Positions 62,790 through 64,000 of a stretch of DNA of 64,000 bases are shown piece after piece; within the stretch, counting starts at the first letter, position 1, and every line of letters starts with the position of its first letter. The position numbers and the translations under genes are program-made. Origin of the DNA: Macrostomum hystrix (taxonomy: Eukaryota; Animalia; Platyhelminthes); assembly GCA_950097015.1 (NCBI GenBank), contig CATNEN010000009.1, positions 434,001-498,000 on the forward strand, in the 5' to 3' direction. The notes beneath the pieces are model-generated. The model was not told the DNA's origin and did not search any database. It saw nothing but the letters and a program-made list of their open reading frames with translations.

Positions 62790-63966
62790 TTCAGTAGTCA
62801 GATTGCTGTCAGTTTTTCAGTCAGATTGTTTTGTTTTCAGTCAGATTGTTTTCAGTCAGATTGCTGTCAGTTTTTTCAGTCAGATTGTTTTCAGTCAGAT
62901 TGCTGTCAGTCAGATTGCTGTCAGTCAGATTGCTGTCAGTCAGATTGCTGTCAGTCAGATTGTTTTCAGTCAGATTGCTGTCATTCAGATTGCTGTCAGT
63001 CAGATTGTTTTCAGTCAGATTGCTGTCAGTCAGATTGTTTTCAGTCAGATTGCTGTCAGTCAGATTGCTGTCAGTCAGATTGTTTTCAGTCAGATTGCTG
63101 TCAGTCAGATTGCTGTCAGTCAGATTGCTGTCAGTCAGATTGCTGTCAGTCAGATTGCTGTCAGTCAGATTGCTGTCAGTCAGATTGCTGTCAGTCAGAT
63201 TGCTGTCAGTCAGATTGTTTTCAGTCAGATTGCTGTCAGTCAGATTGCTGTCAGTCAGATTGTTTTCAGTCAGATTGCTGTCAGTCAGATTGCTGTCAGT
63301 CAGATTGCTGTCAGTCAGATTGCTGTCAGTCAGATTGTTTTCAGTCAGATTGCTGTCAGTCAGATTGCTGTCAGTCAGATTGCTGTCAGTCAGATTGCTG
63401 TCAGTCAGATTGCTGTCAGTCAGATTGCTGTCAGTCAGATTGCTGTCAGTCAGATTGCTGTCATTCAGATTGCTGTCATTCAGATTGCTGTCAGTCAGAT
63501 TGCTGTCAGTCAGATTGCTGTCAGTCAGATTGCTGTCAGTCAGATTGTTTTCAGTCAGATTGCTGTCAGTCAGATTGCTGTCAGTCAGATTGCTGTCAGT
63601 CAGATTGCTGTCAGTCAGATTGCTGTCAGTCAGATTGCTGTCAGTCAGATTGTTTTCAGTCAGATTGCTGTCATTCAGATTGCTGTCAGTCAGATTGCTG
63701 TCAGTCAGATTGCTGTCATTCAGATTGCTGTCAGTCAGATTGCTGTCAGTCAGATTGCTGTCAGTCAGGTTGCTGTCAGTCAGATTGCTGTCAGTCAGAT
63801 TGCTGTCAGTCAGATTTCTGTCAGTCAGATTGCTGTCATTCAGATTGCTGTCATTCAGATTGCTGTCAGTCAGATTGCTGTCAGTCAGGTTGCTGTCAGT
63901 CAGATTGCTGTCAGTCAGATTGCTGTCAGTCAGATTTCTGTCAGTCAGATTGCTGTCAGTCAGATT
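62790..63966. repeat. 15-bp minisatellite (cagattgctgtcagt)
   Basis: About 75 copies. Confidence 0.97.
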
Positions 63967-64000
63967 GCGGGCTCTGGAATTCGGATCTGGAACAGCAGTC

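Overview
Eukaryotic invertebrate genomic DNA. GC-rich exons, minisatellite-filled introns and an RTE retrotransposon resemble a free-living flatworm such as Macrostomum; this assignment is inference only. More than 25 tandem arrays (4-83 bp units) account for most ORFs in the supplied track, and those ORFs are spurious. Supported genes: a 3-exon ER-lumenal, redox-inactive thioredoxin-like protein ending in KEEL (-); Di-Ras GTPase (-); DEAD-box helicase DDX31/Dbp7 (+); a muscarinic acetylcholine receptor (-); a multiply frameshifted, intronless ankyrin-repeat + Mab-21/cGAS-like nucleotidyltransferase (cGLR) gene (-); three secreted PAN/Apple + C-type lectin paralogs; and a 5'-truncated RTE LINE carrying a nested 176-bp solo-LTR-like insert. 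The most interesting signals are: (1) a putative innate-immune cluster with an ANK-cGLR head-to-head with EPN-type lectins; (2) a mosaic lectin family with a near-identical central block and divergent flanks, suggesting gene conversion; (3) minisatellites that have amplified splice sites of the muscarinic receptor gene, giving arrays of 5-8 decoy acceptors or donors.
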